From NCBI RefSeq assembly GCF_000315625.1, contig NW_005434617.1, forward strand, positions 417,085 to 481,084: a stretch of DNA of 64,000 nt. Reading direction: 5' to 3'. This document shows, one piece after another, positions 1 to 11,600 of this stretch (its first letter is position 1; every line of letters starts with the position of its first letter). The notes beneath the pieces were generated by a model. The model was not told the origin of the DNA. It did no database searches and worked only from the letters and a program-made list of their open reading frames with translations. The position numbers and the translations under genes are program-made. The DNA is from Guillardia theta CCMP2712. Taxonomy: Eukaryota > Protista > Cryptophyta.

Positions 1-190
1 CGTAGAGGGCGAGAGGGGCAAAAAGAAATCGGGGAAGACGATGAAAGAGACCCAGGTCTCGTGGTACCTCGACTTGAGACTGAAAAGAAGCTTTTTCGAC
101 TCATATCCCCGTATGTACTTGAGACTGCTTCGTTTCGACTGTCTCGATCGGACACCTTAAAGCTTGTCGCAAGCCCTCCTCCGTCCCGCC

Positions 191-663
191 ATGCCTCCCC
201 CCCTCCAGACCGTCCGCATCGTCTACCCTCGAGCCTCCTCCTCTTCTCTGCCCGGCCAGGCTCGTCGCCCTCTCTTCCAGCGCATCACCCGTGAGCGGAT
301 CTGCGCTCTCATGCACCTCAGCCAGCCCGAGGCGGCGCGGCAGCTGGTGAGTCTCCAGGCTGGCGGGAGGCAGGGGAGATGGACGTGCGACTGCGAGGCC
401 GTACGCTGACGTGGCTGTGTTTCCCTCAGGGCCTCTCCGTCTCAGCCCTCAAGAAAGCTTGTAAGGCGCTCGGCGCTGGCCGCTGGCCGTACGCGAGGAG
501 ACGCAAGGCAGAGCCGATCGTGATCGAGGAGGCGTGGCTGGCATGGTACCTGTCGGCAGATGTGGATGAGGAGAGGTGTGAAGGCGAAGCGGGCTGGGGT
601 CACGATAAGGGCGAGCAAGCGAGCGACGAGGAGGAGAGAGAGGGAGGTCTGGAAGCGATGTGA
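191..663 (+). CDS. RWP-RK domain transcription factor (2 exons: 191-346, 430-663)
   Basis: Removing the GT..AG intron 347-429 gives ITRERICALMHLSQPEAARQL-GLSVSALKKACKALGAGRWPYARRRK, the RWP-RK consensus. Stop TGA at 661-663. Confidence 0.9.
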
Positions 664-959
664 CAGCGTGAGGGTGAGGATAGGAAGAGAAGGGCGTGCA
701 GGTAGATCAAACAATCAATGAAGAGACTTTACCAAGGCCGTCTGCGTCTTTTCTCCCACATGTATACCGTGACAGTGAGCGAGCTGACCCGTCAAGGAGG
801 GCGCGGGAGCTGACGTCAGGCGGCTCAGTCGCTGCGGGGTCAAGCAGGTCTGAGCTGCTGATCGAGGACGTGTGGGCAGGGCCGAGTAAGACGGCAAAGC
901 CCAGCAAATTCTCTGCATTCATGAGTCATTCTCTACAGCTTTCTTGAGAGGAAAGGGAA

Positions 960-1181
960 GGAAACACAGCCACGTCAGCGTACGGCACTTGCTGGAGTCT
1001 GTAGGCAGATAGCCTCTCGCTCCCTCCCCACGCTCATCCCAAGCTCCTCGCTCCCTCCCTCGCAGTCGCACGTCCATCTCCCCTGCCTCCCGCCAGCCTT
1101 GGAGACTCCCCAGCTGCCGCGCCGCCTCGGGCTGGCTGAGGTGCATGAGAGCGCAGATCCGCTCACGGGTGATGCGCTGGA
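960..1181 (-). pseudogene. Inverted partial copy of the RWP-RK gene (exon 1 3' half plus intron)
   Basis: The reverse complement matches 276-424 almost exactly. The donor GTGAGT has become GGGAGT, about 70 extra nt lie in the intron, and the acceptor and exon 2 are absent. Confidence 0.85.
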
Positions 1182-1757
1182 CTCTGATGGCCAGATGCGG
1201 GAGCGAGAACGAGGGACCTGTCATGCTGCCTGTCATCTGCCTGTCATGGCGATGCCGTGGAATGAGGGGGGATGGGGGCATGAAGCTCGTTCGCTTCAGA
1301 ATTGTGAGATATCTGGCTGGTGCTCTCTGAGGTCGGCTCAGCGTAAAAGCTCCAGGTTTTTATCAGACTGCACGGAAGGGTGGGGTCCTCAACCCCGGAG
1401 CCTCCGAGGCATCGGATGGGTACACGGACTACAGGATCTCACGCCTCTACGGGCCGGTAGGGAGCTGAAGCGCTCGATTATTGAAGCAGGCAGAGGGGAA
1501 CAAACGAGATAGAGATCGTTCGCCTTTCTAGTCGCAGGCGATGGGGAATAAGGCATAGAAATTGCTGTAAAAGTCGTTGTATATCAGATCCGACGAGACT
1601 GAGATACATTACAGTGAATGGCTCACGAGACCTCCGAGGCATTCACCAAACGTCGCGAGGTGAGACTCGTTGAAAAGGATCCAGGTCTCGTGCTCCATCT
1701 CCCTACCGCTACCTTTTAAGGTCGATTCACACAGTCCTTCCTTGGTTCCCCGCACGC

Positions 1758-2069
1758 ATGGCTGCTCAATCCGTCGCCTGTTCCTCTCCCTCCCTCTCCC
1801 TCCCTCTCAAGCCCAAGAAGCTGCTCCGCCTCTCCCCTGCTCAGCTCCAGTACCTGCAGGCTCATCCTCCCCCGCCCCCTCATCGTCCGCCCGCTGTGCA
1901 GGAGGGAGCGTGTCTGCAGAACATCCTGGAAGCGAGGAAGCGGTGGGAGGAGGGCGTGAGCTCGCGGCGATCAAGACCGATGGGACGGGAGGGATCAGCG
2001 CGGGACATCACGGAGGCAGCGAGGGAGCTGCTGGGAAAGAGGTCGAGCGGATGCGTCGAGCTTTCGTAG
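1758..2069 (+). CDS. Small hypothetical protein (103 aa)
   Basis: ATG-started ORF after a pyrimidine-rich leader, with an upstream CCAGGTCTCGTG motif shared with the RWP-RK gene. No recognisable domain. Confidence 0.3.
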   Translation: MAAQSVACSSPSLSLPLKPKKLLRLSPAQLQYLQAHPPPPPHRPPAVQEGACLQNILEARKRWEEGVSSRRSRPMGREGSARDITEAARELLGKRSSGCVELS

Positions 2070-2117
2070 TCTCTGCTTGCACAGATATGTACAACCACCT
2101 TCAAGACGCTCGAGTGA

Positions 2118-4370
2118 CTCAGGCTTGTCGCACGTCTCGGAGAAGTCATGTTGGTAAAGTCGTCTCGGACGTCACGAGCAAGTCAAGGTTGTTCCAGACG
2201 TCACGAGCAAGTCAAGTCAAAGTCGTCTCAGACTACATGAACAAGCCAAGGTCGACCGCGAGGACGACGTCTCGTTTGAGTGCATGCGAGGTTGATAGTC
2301 GTTGCAAGGTCAAGGCGAGACCTGTATGATAGCAGATAGATTGAAGGTCTTTGATGTCAAAGGGCTCCAATAAACGATGTGATAACACGTGATGTCTCGG
2401 CTCACATTGCCAAGCTCCAGCAGCAAGTGACCAATCTCCGTCAAAGCGTCAGCGAATCGATCACTGATTATACTCTTCGACGCCATGTTATGTTAACGAA
2501 CTTCTACTCTACAAATCTGAGGCTGTCGTATTTCAAGAGCACAATCTTCTTCAACTATTTGCCAATGGTTTTCATGACCCTGATCTCCGACTTGTCATGG
2601 TCCCCATTGCGCACATGCATCCTCCTACCGCTGCCACGATGTCACGTTTAGTACAGAAAGCTTTCGCCTTCGTCAAACCGTCTTCTTCGGTTCCTGCTCC
2701 GCAGCCTCTTGTGCCCTTCAACCCTCTCCGTCGACGCCAGGAGCTCAGCCCTCCCCAGCTCCCGCGCAGTCCTCCGGTTCTCCCCCGAATTATTTCTGCA
2801 CGTACTGCAAACGTTCTTGTCACACGTTGAAGTAAAGAAAAAGCAAGCTGATCGCAATGCTTCTTCCTCAGTATCACAGCCCAAGCAGCGCAGGAAGACG
2901 CCGCGTCAGCTTTTTCGACATGGGATGATTCTGACTGACCTCATCGTTCTTCAGCGAAGTCTTACGACAGATGGAAGTGACATGAACTCATCGACTACTC
3001 CAACTCTTTTCAAATCCTACAACACCTACCAAGTGACCAAAATCTCATCATAGCATATCTCGACGGTCTGAACGAGACGTTCAAGAATGATGCGATGTCT
3101 CACAGGCTAAACGAAATCCTGACTCAAGATTCACTCTATGACGCACAGAAGCTAAAAATCAAGAAACTGCTCAGGAGCAACAGCTGGTTGGAATCCGGCG
3201 GCGGTGGCAAAGAACCCCTACTAGCATGATGGAGCCAATCGACTTCCAAGTGATGAAGAAACACCGTGTCCGGACGGCGAGCAGAAGCTGCATACACTGT
3301 CTAGGTCAACAGAATCCTCTGAGAACAATGTACAGCTCTCGCACATGAACAGCGACGCTCAAGGGATTCTATCTCGCTGCAATTTGGACGCTGGAACATC
3401 TACCTCAGACCCTTCATCCCACTGCTGAATGATTCAGCCATGATTCATGCAGTGGAAAAAGTAGTAGACAGTTTCATTCACTCATACCCATAACATGATG
3501 CAGACTCATACAGGCAAGGCATCAAACGACCTGCGCATCCTTTCGCGCCATCAATCTCGCGGCTCTATTCTTGTGGTCTGCATTTCATCCCAACAACGTG
3601 AGCGTAGACCTCATGTAGCTGCAGGTCCACCCGTACTTTGCAAGCGCGACCACCTGGTAGTGATGATGCCTGAAGTCCACGGGGTTTGAGGCCTTGAGGC
3701 ACTTCGAGCATCCCCACGGGCGTTGCTTTGGACCTACACCAGAGATACCGGAACATGCTGAAGAAGACGTCGATGGCCTGCATCTTGACTACATCGGAAA
3801 GGCGATAATCCCTCTCGCAGTCGCTCATCACCACCTCCCTGGCATGACGTCATCCACGGATTCATTCAGCTCCCCCAAGGAGTAGCTCGCGAAGAAACCA
3901 AACCTGGGCCAGCGGACAGCAATTTCCAGCACAGCTCGGTCACCCCAGGGTTGTCACCAGGTTGTCCACGGCCTCATTCAAGTGGATCTGCAGGTTGGTG
4001 ACGGCATGGTCGATGGGCTGCGTCGTCGGTGATGACCAGGGCCCTGCAGTTGGGCACGATGTCCTGCACCCTCGGCTTGTCGACGTCACGGAGAAGTCAT
4101 GTTGGTGTGATACGCTACTGTCGTGTGGAGATCAGACTAAACAAGCAAGTCAAGTCAAGTTCGTCTCAGACTACATTAACGAGCCATAGTCGTCTCAGAC
4201 GTCACGATCAAGTCAAGTTCGTCTCAGACGTCACGATCAAGTCAAGTTCGTCTCAGACGTCACGAGCAAGTCATGGTCATCCAAGGACCAGGAGCATAAG
4301 GCCGATGTCTCGTTTGAATACCTGCGATGTTGATAGCCGTTGAATGAAGGTCAAGGCGAGACCTGTATGA
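2118..4370 (+). mobile_element. Decayed LTR-type retrotransposon remnant with gag-like fragments
   Basis: Diverged direct repeats at 2118-2329 and 4071-4370 flank broken ORFs. Frame 2987-3229 reads LIDYSNSFQILQHLPSDQNLIIAYLDGLNETFK and ~2415-2485 reads LQQQVTNLRQSVSESITDYTLR, both resembling retrotransposon gag. No clear TG..CA ends, TSD or RT motif. Confidence 0.55.
4150..4272 (+). repeat. 29-bp tandem subrepeat (GTCTCAGACGTCACGATCAAGTCAAGTTC) within the direct repeat
   Basis: Units at 4192-4220 and 4221-4249, partial at 4250-4272 and upstream. Related units at 2162-2235. Confidence 0.9.
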
Positions 4371-4540
4371 GTTAGTCATGTAGTCTTTTGATGGGATTTG
4401 AATGAAAGGAGCGAGACTGGGACACACTACTGGAGGTACGTGAGGTACGTGAGGTACTCGAGGAAGGAGACTCGTCTCTCTCCTCCTCCTCCTGCTCTCT
4501 GCGGGCGAACACCCTAGATTAGAGCAACTCCACGGGTCCC

Positions 4541-4692
4541 AAAGTTCAAAGTCAGTACGAGGACAATCAGGAGAGTCGAGGAGGCTTGACCCTGACACTG
4601 TCGCACTGGCCAAACGGCGAGAAGAGAAAAGACAGCGAGAACCAAACCCAATCCTGCCAACTGCTGTCCCCCAAACTTAACTGATACCTTCA
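4541..4692 (+). repeat. Dispersed repeat family, copy A
   Basis: 4557-4608 is identical over 52 nt to 14228-14279. The reverse complement aligns to 45882-46045, and the 5' part resembles 46378-46416. Confidence 0.9.
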
Positions 4693-5046
4693 TATACTTA
4701 ACAGCTACTAGCTAAAAGGACCTTCTCCAGGCCAGGATGGGAGGAGGGAGAAGTGAAAACAAGTAGACAGACGCTGATGGGAGAATGGACGAGGGATCAG
4801 AGCTGACAAGAGAAGGAAGACAAGACCACAGACCAGGAGTGACATGAAACATCTGTAGGTGTTGTACATGTTGACATTTGTGGAATGTCGAGAAGAGGGA
4901 TTTGTACATTAGATCATTTGTTGCATGAAGAAGATTGGGGATAGAGAAAACAACTCGAAGGTCAGGATGCTTGTAGCAATCGAGAAGCAAAGTCCTAGCC
5001 TCAATCTGACTCTCCTTGTTTCGCTCAAATACTCCTCACATCAGAC

Positions 5047-5553
5047 ATGGCGCTTCGATCTGAAGAGGACCTGGCACCGTTGCTGTTCCCAGACGTTCTC
5101 TTCAACCCTCAAGCCACTGAAGGGCAAGGTGAGGAACAATCTTGCAGAGAGAATCGTCTGTGACGGCCACCACCAACCTCAGAGGAGCAGGCGAACGAAC
5201 CAGAGGAATCACAAGATAGCGATGTCCCGCCTGCTCCAGACGTGTCAGACGCGAGCGGAGACAGCTCAAGCTTAGCATCGAATGTTGATCGCTCGACTGA
5301 GACGGCAACACATCAGCAGCTGTTGAGCCCAGCAGAATTTCAGCAAGACAACGAGGCAATGTCAAAGATATCTTGGAAGCCCTCGCTTAACGATGGTTTT
5401 CCTGACTTCGAGCACGGGCCCCGCAAGTTTGACCGCAGCTTGTGCTGTGACGTTCTCTCGGACGTGCCCGCGACCTTCTATGATCACTGGAGTGGTCTTA
5501 ACTTCAGCAGAGAGGCAGCTCGCACACTGAGAAGATACGGACAGAACATGTAA
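5047..5553 (+). CDS. Hypothetical protein (2 exons: 5047-5128, 5183-5553)
   Basis: The GT..AG intron 5129-5182 joins MALRSEEDLAPLLFPDVLFNPQATEGQ in frame to the 5242-5553 ORF. Confidence 0.6.
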
Positions 5554-5619
5554 GGAGGCGCGGTTATGTCAGCATGACAAGTGACGGAAGTGAAATGTAG
5601 GGGATATTTTTCGTATGAA

Positions 5620-6545
5620 ATGTCAGAACCAAAGAAGTTTGTGAGGTGTAAGCTTCTGAGAGGAAGCGAGTATGTGACTAGTTCGATTAAGATTCTTTGA
5701 CAAGCTTGAGTGGAACTGCGTTGGTTTGATGATACAGACGACAGAGGACGACGAGCTGGTCAGCCAAGATCCTTTTTTGATTTTCTTCTCATCGACTAGG
5801 CAAGGTCATCGCCGATGTTGTTGCAGGTGGCCCAGCATGTCAGTCAGGCCTAGCGGTGCGTGGGGCTGACAGGCAAGAGGAGGAGGTGACAGGAGCGACA
5901 GGCAGGAGACGTGCTGGTCTCTGTCGATCGGACCAGCGCAACATCGCTTGACAAAGTTTGCGCTGCCTTGAGTGGGCCGGCTGGCAACGAGGTGACTTGC
6001 TCTGCTTCTCAGCTCGCATTCACGCTCCTCGTTCCCAGGTGGAGCTCGTGGTGCGACGAGGAGGCGCGAGGCTCGGGCCCTTGGGTGACTCGCGACTTTC
6101 TGTCGCTCCTTCTCACCTGCCGGCAGCGGTCAAGAGAGTTCGATGCGACCGAGCCGTCGCCTCTCGTCGCGTGTCCTCGGTGAAGCCTCGCCACGTCGCC
6201 TCAGTCGTAACGTCGCAGCAGAGCTACGAGGACGTTCCCTTCTACATCTCCCAGCAGGACCAGGACAGCGCCGTGCATGAGGCCAGGGCGCGCGTGCAGA
6301 TGATCCGTGAGGGACGTGGGGCCGTGCGGCTGCTGCTGACGAGCGACGGCAGGAGATCGAGTGTATGCGGCAGCACGACAGAAGATGCGAGGAAGGTATC
6401 AGTCGCCTGATGATGATCCATGCCCGGGTCCTTGCATGATCAGCTGATCCCTTGCCTGCAGGCGTTCGCCGACTACTCACACCCTCACCAACTTACCAGC
6501 TGCCTTGACTGACGAAGTTGGGACCTGCGTCTGACTCCACTAAGT
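5620..6545 (+). CDS. PDZ-domain protein, multi-exon (ends approximate)
   Basis: Spliced reading VGLMIQTTEDDEL-VIADVVAGGPACQSGLA-AGDVLVSVDRTSATSLDKVCAALSGPAGNE-VELVVRRGG matches the PDZ pattern. Confidence 0.75.
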
Positions 6546-6599
6546 TGAGCGCCTCATCAGCCATGTTAGTAAACCGGTGACCTCAAACCATCATTATTA

Positions 6600-7260
6600 A
6601 CTAGTGAGCATTCCGTCGGTCCGATGGCCGCCGCATGGCGGCCGCCGCGGCCGCTGTCGCGGCCCGATCACCGTGCACTGGCCGGGCACTACCGTCGCCT
6701 CCGGTCACGGTAACCCCGGACCGTGGCACAGCGGCCTGGGCTAGCACGGCCGCGTCATGCCCTGCGGCCCCACGGTGACTCCGGGACCGTAGTGACAGAG
6801 TACGGCCCACGCCGGTAGGCGCTGGCCGGGCCGTCTGAGCCCCCGGGGCCGCCGCCCGCCGGGAGCGGCGCGGCTGCCCCGGCTGACTCGGGGGCCGCTC
6901 AGCGGGCTGAGGGCCGCCCTCAGTTCCGAAGTTCCGAGTGACTGATTGCCGAACCCGGAGTCGGTGGGGCTCACGATGGAGGCTGGAGTTGGCAGGCCGC
7001 TGACGGTCGGCCGGTCTCTGTCCGACCGTCACGGCGGTCCGATCTGATCTGCACTGCGGCAAGAACGCCAGTCGGCCCCACCGGGACGGCCCAGTTCGAT
7101 CGGACAGCCGGGTGACCGGGCCGCGCGATCCGGCGCCGGTCAGAGTCGAGTCCGCCGGACTCCCCGCCTCAGTCAGGCCCTGATCCGGGCCTGGCGTCGG
7201 ACTGCCAGGGTCACGGTCCGAATCACTGAAGCGGCAGACGGTCCGGGTGGCCGCAAGCCT
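6600..7260. other. GC/CpG-rich intergenic island (CCGG, GGCC, GAGTC, GTCAC words)
   Basis: Abrupt shift to very GC-rich sequence with many short palindromes. Its ORFs are R/P/A/G-rich nonsense. Confidence 0.75.
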
Positions 7261-7834
7261 GAACTTGGAAGGGTTGAATCAGTGCGGATCATGCCCGGCG
7301 ATTGCAGCTGCTGTTGTAGGCGATGAGCGTTACAATTGCGACGGTTAAAAATCCTCCGGCGGAAGCGCGTGATGGCGCCACAGGGCGAGCGATTGAAGGG
7401 GAGGAGAAGAGGGAGAAGAATGACGAAGGAGAGCGACAGGGAGACAAGGACATGAAGATGCTAGATGAGTATGACCAACTATGTAGATGACAGGACAAGT
7501 GCAGACAGTGCAGGGACGTCAGTTGTGTTGTTAGCTTGTTCCCCTAATTCCTTGTTTACAATCACCTTGTCTTGAATATTGTTGGTATTTTATGCTCTTT
7601 GTCACAACCTTCAACAAACATTTAGAAGAATGTCTTGAATGCCTCCCAACGTTTTTCAAACTGCTGCCGTTGTTTGCTCCTCGCCCCTTCTCTCGCTGAG
7701 CTGGACCCTTGCGAAGCATGTACCCCTGCTCAGTTTTCCTTGGCCATGAACACTCGACGAGCAGCTAAATGTCATGACAGGGATCGTTCACGTTGTCGGA
7801 CTGAAAGAAGAATCATCAAACACCCTCGGCATTC

Positions 7835-8433
7835 ATGGTGTGACGATGTATCAGGATGCCATGCGTTCTCTGAACTCCCCCTGCAGCTCTTCTACTCTGT
7901 TTTCAAGCGATTGATAGGGAAGGAAATCGTTGTAGAGCTCAAGAACGACCTGGCGCTCAAGGGAACCCTACACTCAGTTGACCAGGTTGAGACTTGCAAG
8001 GGAGAGGGAGGAGGAGGAGGAGGAGGAGGAGGAGGAGGAGAAGGAGAAGGGAGTGTGTTTGTGACGGGGGGTGAAGAGGAGGAAGAGGAGTAGGATGACG
8101 TGGTTGTTGCAGTACCTCAACTTTAAGCTGCTGGACGTGCAAGTCATCGACGAGGAGCGCTTTCCTCACATGGTTCGCTCCTCGTCCTCTAGGGCTCGAA
8201 AGGTTCTCATCCCCGTGTCTCAGGCATCAGTCAAGAACTGCTTCATCCGAGGGTCTGTCGTGCGCTACGTTCAGATCCCCCCTGGTGAGCGAAGAGGGAC
8301 TGGAGGGGAGGGGAGGGGGAGGGAGGTGAAAGGAGAGGAGTTCTGACCTAAGAGTGTTACAGGTGAACTCGATCCCGAGGTCTTGCAAGACTCAACAAGA
8401 ACAGAAGTGGCCAAGGAGCATGCGAGCCGGTGA
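7835..8433 (+). CDS. LSM2: U6 snRNA-associated Sm-like protein LSm2 (5 exons)
   Basis: Exons 7835-7837, 7887-7985, 8113-8172, 8224-8284 and 8363-8433 give MLFYSVFKRLIGKEIVVELKNDLALKGTLHSVDQYLNFKL...KNCFIRGSVVRYVQIP. Confidence 0.96.
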
Positions 8434-8525
8434 AGAGGAGGATGAGGATGAGGAGGGGAAGGAGAGAGGGTTAATGTGAGCTGTGTCTTTGATTAAACTT
8501 GAACCTCGATGTGTTTATTCGCATC

Positions 8526-8609
8526 GCATCTCAGGATTGATTTATTCATAATACATTTCAATATGAAAATGCATCTCAGGATTGATTTATTCATAATACA
8601 TTTCAATAT
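8526..8609. repeat. Exact 39-nt direct repeat, 45-bp period, in the 3' region
   Basis: GCATCTCAGGATTGATTTATTCATAATACATTTCAATAT at 8526 and 8571. Confidence 0.9.
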
Positions 8610-8649
8610 TAAATTCATCTTATGATCTTCTGTGTTACATGTCAACGCC

Positions 8650-11600
8650 TCTAAGGCTCCTGGTACATCTCATGCCGTATCTGATGTGCTCGCATCTGCC
8701 AGCTCGTCACATCACAACGACGTGGAAAGGGAAGCGCTCACAATGATCTCATTTCGCTTCTCCTGCATCAGCCTCAAGATGTCTTCCTGTCTCCTCCACA
8801 TCCCTGCCACTTTTCTCAGTCCTCGTCTGCCAGCTCGCAGACAGCAAGTAAGGTCCTCACCTTGTATCCCAGCATGACTCTCGTCAATGTGTTCTGGCCA
8901 CCAACGTCAACAACGAGGCCTCGACGCACAAGAGCCGCAAACCTCGACCGCCTTCTGAGTGTGACAAGTCGTTTCTGTGAGTTCCGTTCAGTCGCGCGTC
9001 CTCTCGGTGGGATGACGTGGCACCATTCTCAGCATGAACCTGCTGCGTCTCAGCCTCACCCTCCCCACGTTCATCGATCATCCTACCGCCCCCTCGTTTA
9101 GGTCGAGGTCACTGATCTCCAGGCGGTCAACAACAGTGTTGTTCTGTGCCAGTCACATTTAGTTTGCTTCCATCGGCCACGAGCGATCAGCATTACCCGC
9201 AGCACATGGTCCTCCACAGCGATGGTCTTCGCCACGTGCAACTGCACACTAAGTCGATATCCAGCGAGAGCCCAGCCAGACGCTCTACCTCATCGCCGTT
9301 GACAGCCATCGCCTCCTTCCTCTCCTGGTTCACTTCATCCGAAAGCGCATCATCCAGCTGATCGTTCCGTCACAAACTCACGGCCAGCCCACGGAAATTT
9401 CATAGTCGTACCGAGTCGTATTGCGGCGCCTGATCTCTAACAACATGCGCTCTCCTGTAGGTAGTATCAGATGGAGCATAGTTCCAGGCCCGAGTCATCA
9501 CCCGTTTGCGACGTGCTTCACTTTACCATTCTGAGTCTCATCGAGAGCGTACTTGGGTTCCTGCACATGAGTATCTTAAGGATTCGACAAGGTGCTGGAG
9601 TGCCTTGCCACCTGGGAAAGAACATCCGCGCCGTTATGCACATGATTCTGATGGTTCTCTCCGTCTTCCATCCCTTCAGCCCCTGGGGGAACAACCATCG
9701 CGTCCACTTCTTCTGGAGCATCAGGAGTCGTGCAGTCTGAGAATATTTCGTTTCCAGCCTCACTGTATTGCCTCCCATCCACGTCATCCGTCCGCTGAGA
9801 GCTTCGTCCTCGCGCTGACGCTCTTCCTCGTCTTGTAGGTGGCCGCACCCCTCTCGCTTCATCAATCTTGGGCAGGAACTGATCACTCCCGCTGCCGGCT
9901 GTAGCCTGATCAGCGTTGTCGTCCTCGTTCGAGACCTCGGGGACCTGAGCCAAGTCTGTCATGTGGCTTCTTTCATCGTCGCCGAGCTGAGGGGCCTCGC
10001 CCACAAGGTTGTCTCCGCCGGTCAGTCCCATGTAGTTATTCTGACTGCGAACGTACATCCCGCGCCCCCGTCGCGACTTGGGTCTGGCGCCAGTGGCTTC
10101 ATCAAACGACACGAAGGAACCAGCTGTGGTATCCGGCTCCTTGTACTCAACCCGTTCCATTGCAGGTTCGTACTTGCCTTTATCTTGGGATCCTCTGCTG
10201 TCCTCGTCGTCGCATACCATGGGGGCCTCTTCTGCCATCCTGTGAGCATCCTCCTCGTACTCACGAGACCTGATTCCCCTTCCCCTCCTGCTCTTGGGTC
10301 GCAAGCCCATCGCTTCTTCTTTGGCATACAGAGAGTTGCTCATCTGCAAGTCCTGACCCTCCACCTGCTGCTCCACCTCAAGATCCTTCGAGCGTGCACT
10401 GGGCTCTTGCGATTCCGCCCATGCTTCCTTGCGGGATTGGTTCAACTGCGATGCTTGTCGCGAGCCAAGTTCTGCCTTTTCTGGGCTCGACTGTGAATCA
10501 GCAGGTACGTTGACATTCAATTTCCCCTGCATCTAGATTAATAATCGGAAGCAGCACAAGTCTGGATGAGCTCATACCATGACCAGCCTTGCATCCTTAG
10601 CTGAAGGCTTGGGTCCATGCTGTTTGGCATGAGACTTGAGAGCTGCGATGAAGATTTCAGGAGGTCGATCAAGCAGTCATTTCATGACTCATTACATTGA
10701 ACTCTTGACGAAAGCTCCAAAATTGGCGCGATGTCTCGGGCCATGCGATCCATTTCTCGCAACTTTTGAGTCCAGGTCGGGTTGGGGTTCTGGGCCACAG
10801 TGTCTCGAGCAGGTTTGCTCACAGTCTTGGCACTTTTACCGAGAGTCTGTTGCTGAGCTTTTCTCTGCACTCTAGATTCCTGAAAGGATTCCATGTTGGA
10901 TTTCCCCATCTCGTAGCCTTTGCGTAGCACCTCAATGTCATTCTTCAGCTTGGACAAAGACACAGTAATTCCATCTTGGCTGCGACCTTTCTCAGAAAGC
11001 TTTTCTCCCGTTTTCTGAGCATAAAGCCTTCCACTCTTGTTCGGAGCGGTCTTGGGCCTTCCGCCAAAGGATCTCTTTTCTGAATTTTGATTTCGCTTTC
11101 TCTGATGGTCTTGCTCTGTAAAGCGTTCTCGAGTATTGCTCAGGTTTTCATCGACGACCGGTGTTTCTTTGATGCAATTGCAATATCTTGGATCGAATTT
11201 GCTGGCTAGATTCTCTGCTTCATGGTGCTTCACAGACATATCTGTGCAGGACAGTCATGGTGCAGAACAGGGAAAATCACCGTACACAAGTAGACTAAGG
11301 CAGCAGCAATGATAGCAAGAGGAATGTTTCATGTGTAATCCTACCTTGCTTCTTGGCTTGGTCACTGTGAATATCTTGCGAATATGATGCTCTTAGTTGC
11401 TCCCTGGAAGTCGTCGCTGCCAAGGACAGGGCGCCGATAGAAAATTCTTCACTGCAAATGGCGTCAGCGGAAAGAAGGGTTCACAAAAGAGAGATCAAGA
11501 AACCTGCCCCCCTTGGATTCGCTATTGCCCAGAAGAGGCTTGGAATGAGGTGGCAAACACATGATTCTGATTCGATCCGACGGAGTCAGGTGCGGTTCTG

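Noticed and set aside
4150-4272. CRISPR-like 29-bp repeats
   Set aside because: The units are contiguous with no unique spacers, there are no cas genes, and the context is eukaryotic.
6601-7062. ORFs in GC islands (also 46145-46489)
   Set aside because: Open only because high GC suppresses stop codons; the composition is not protein-like.
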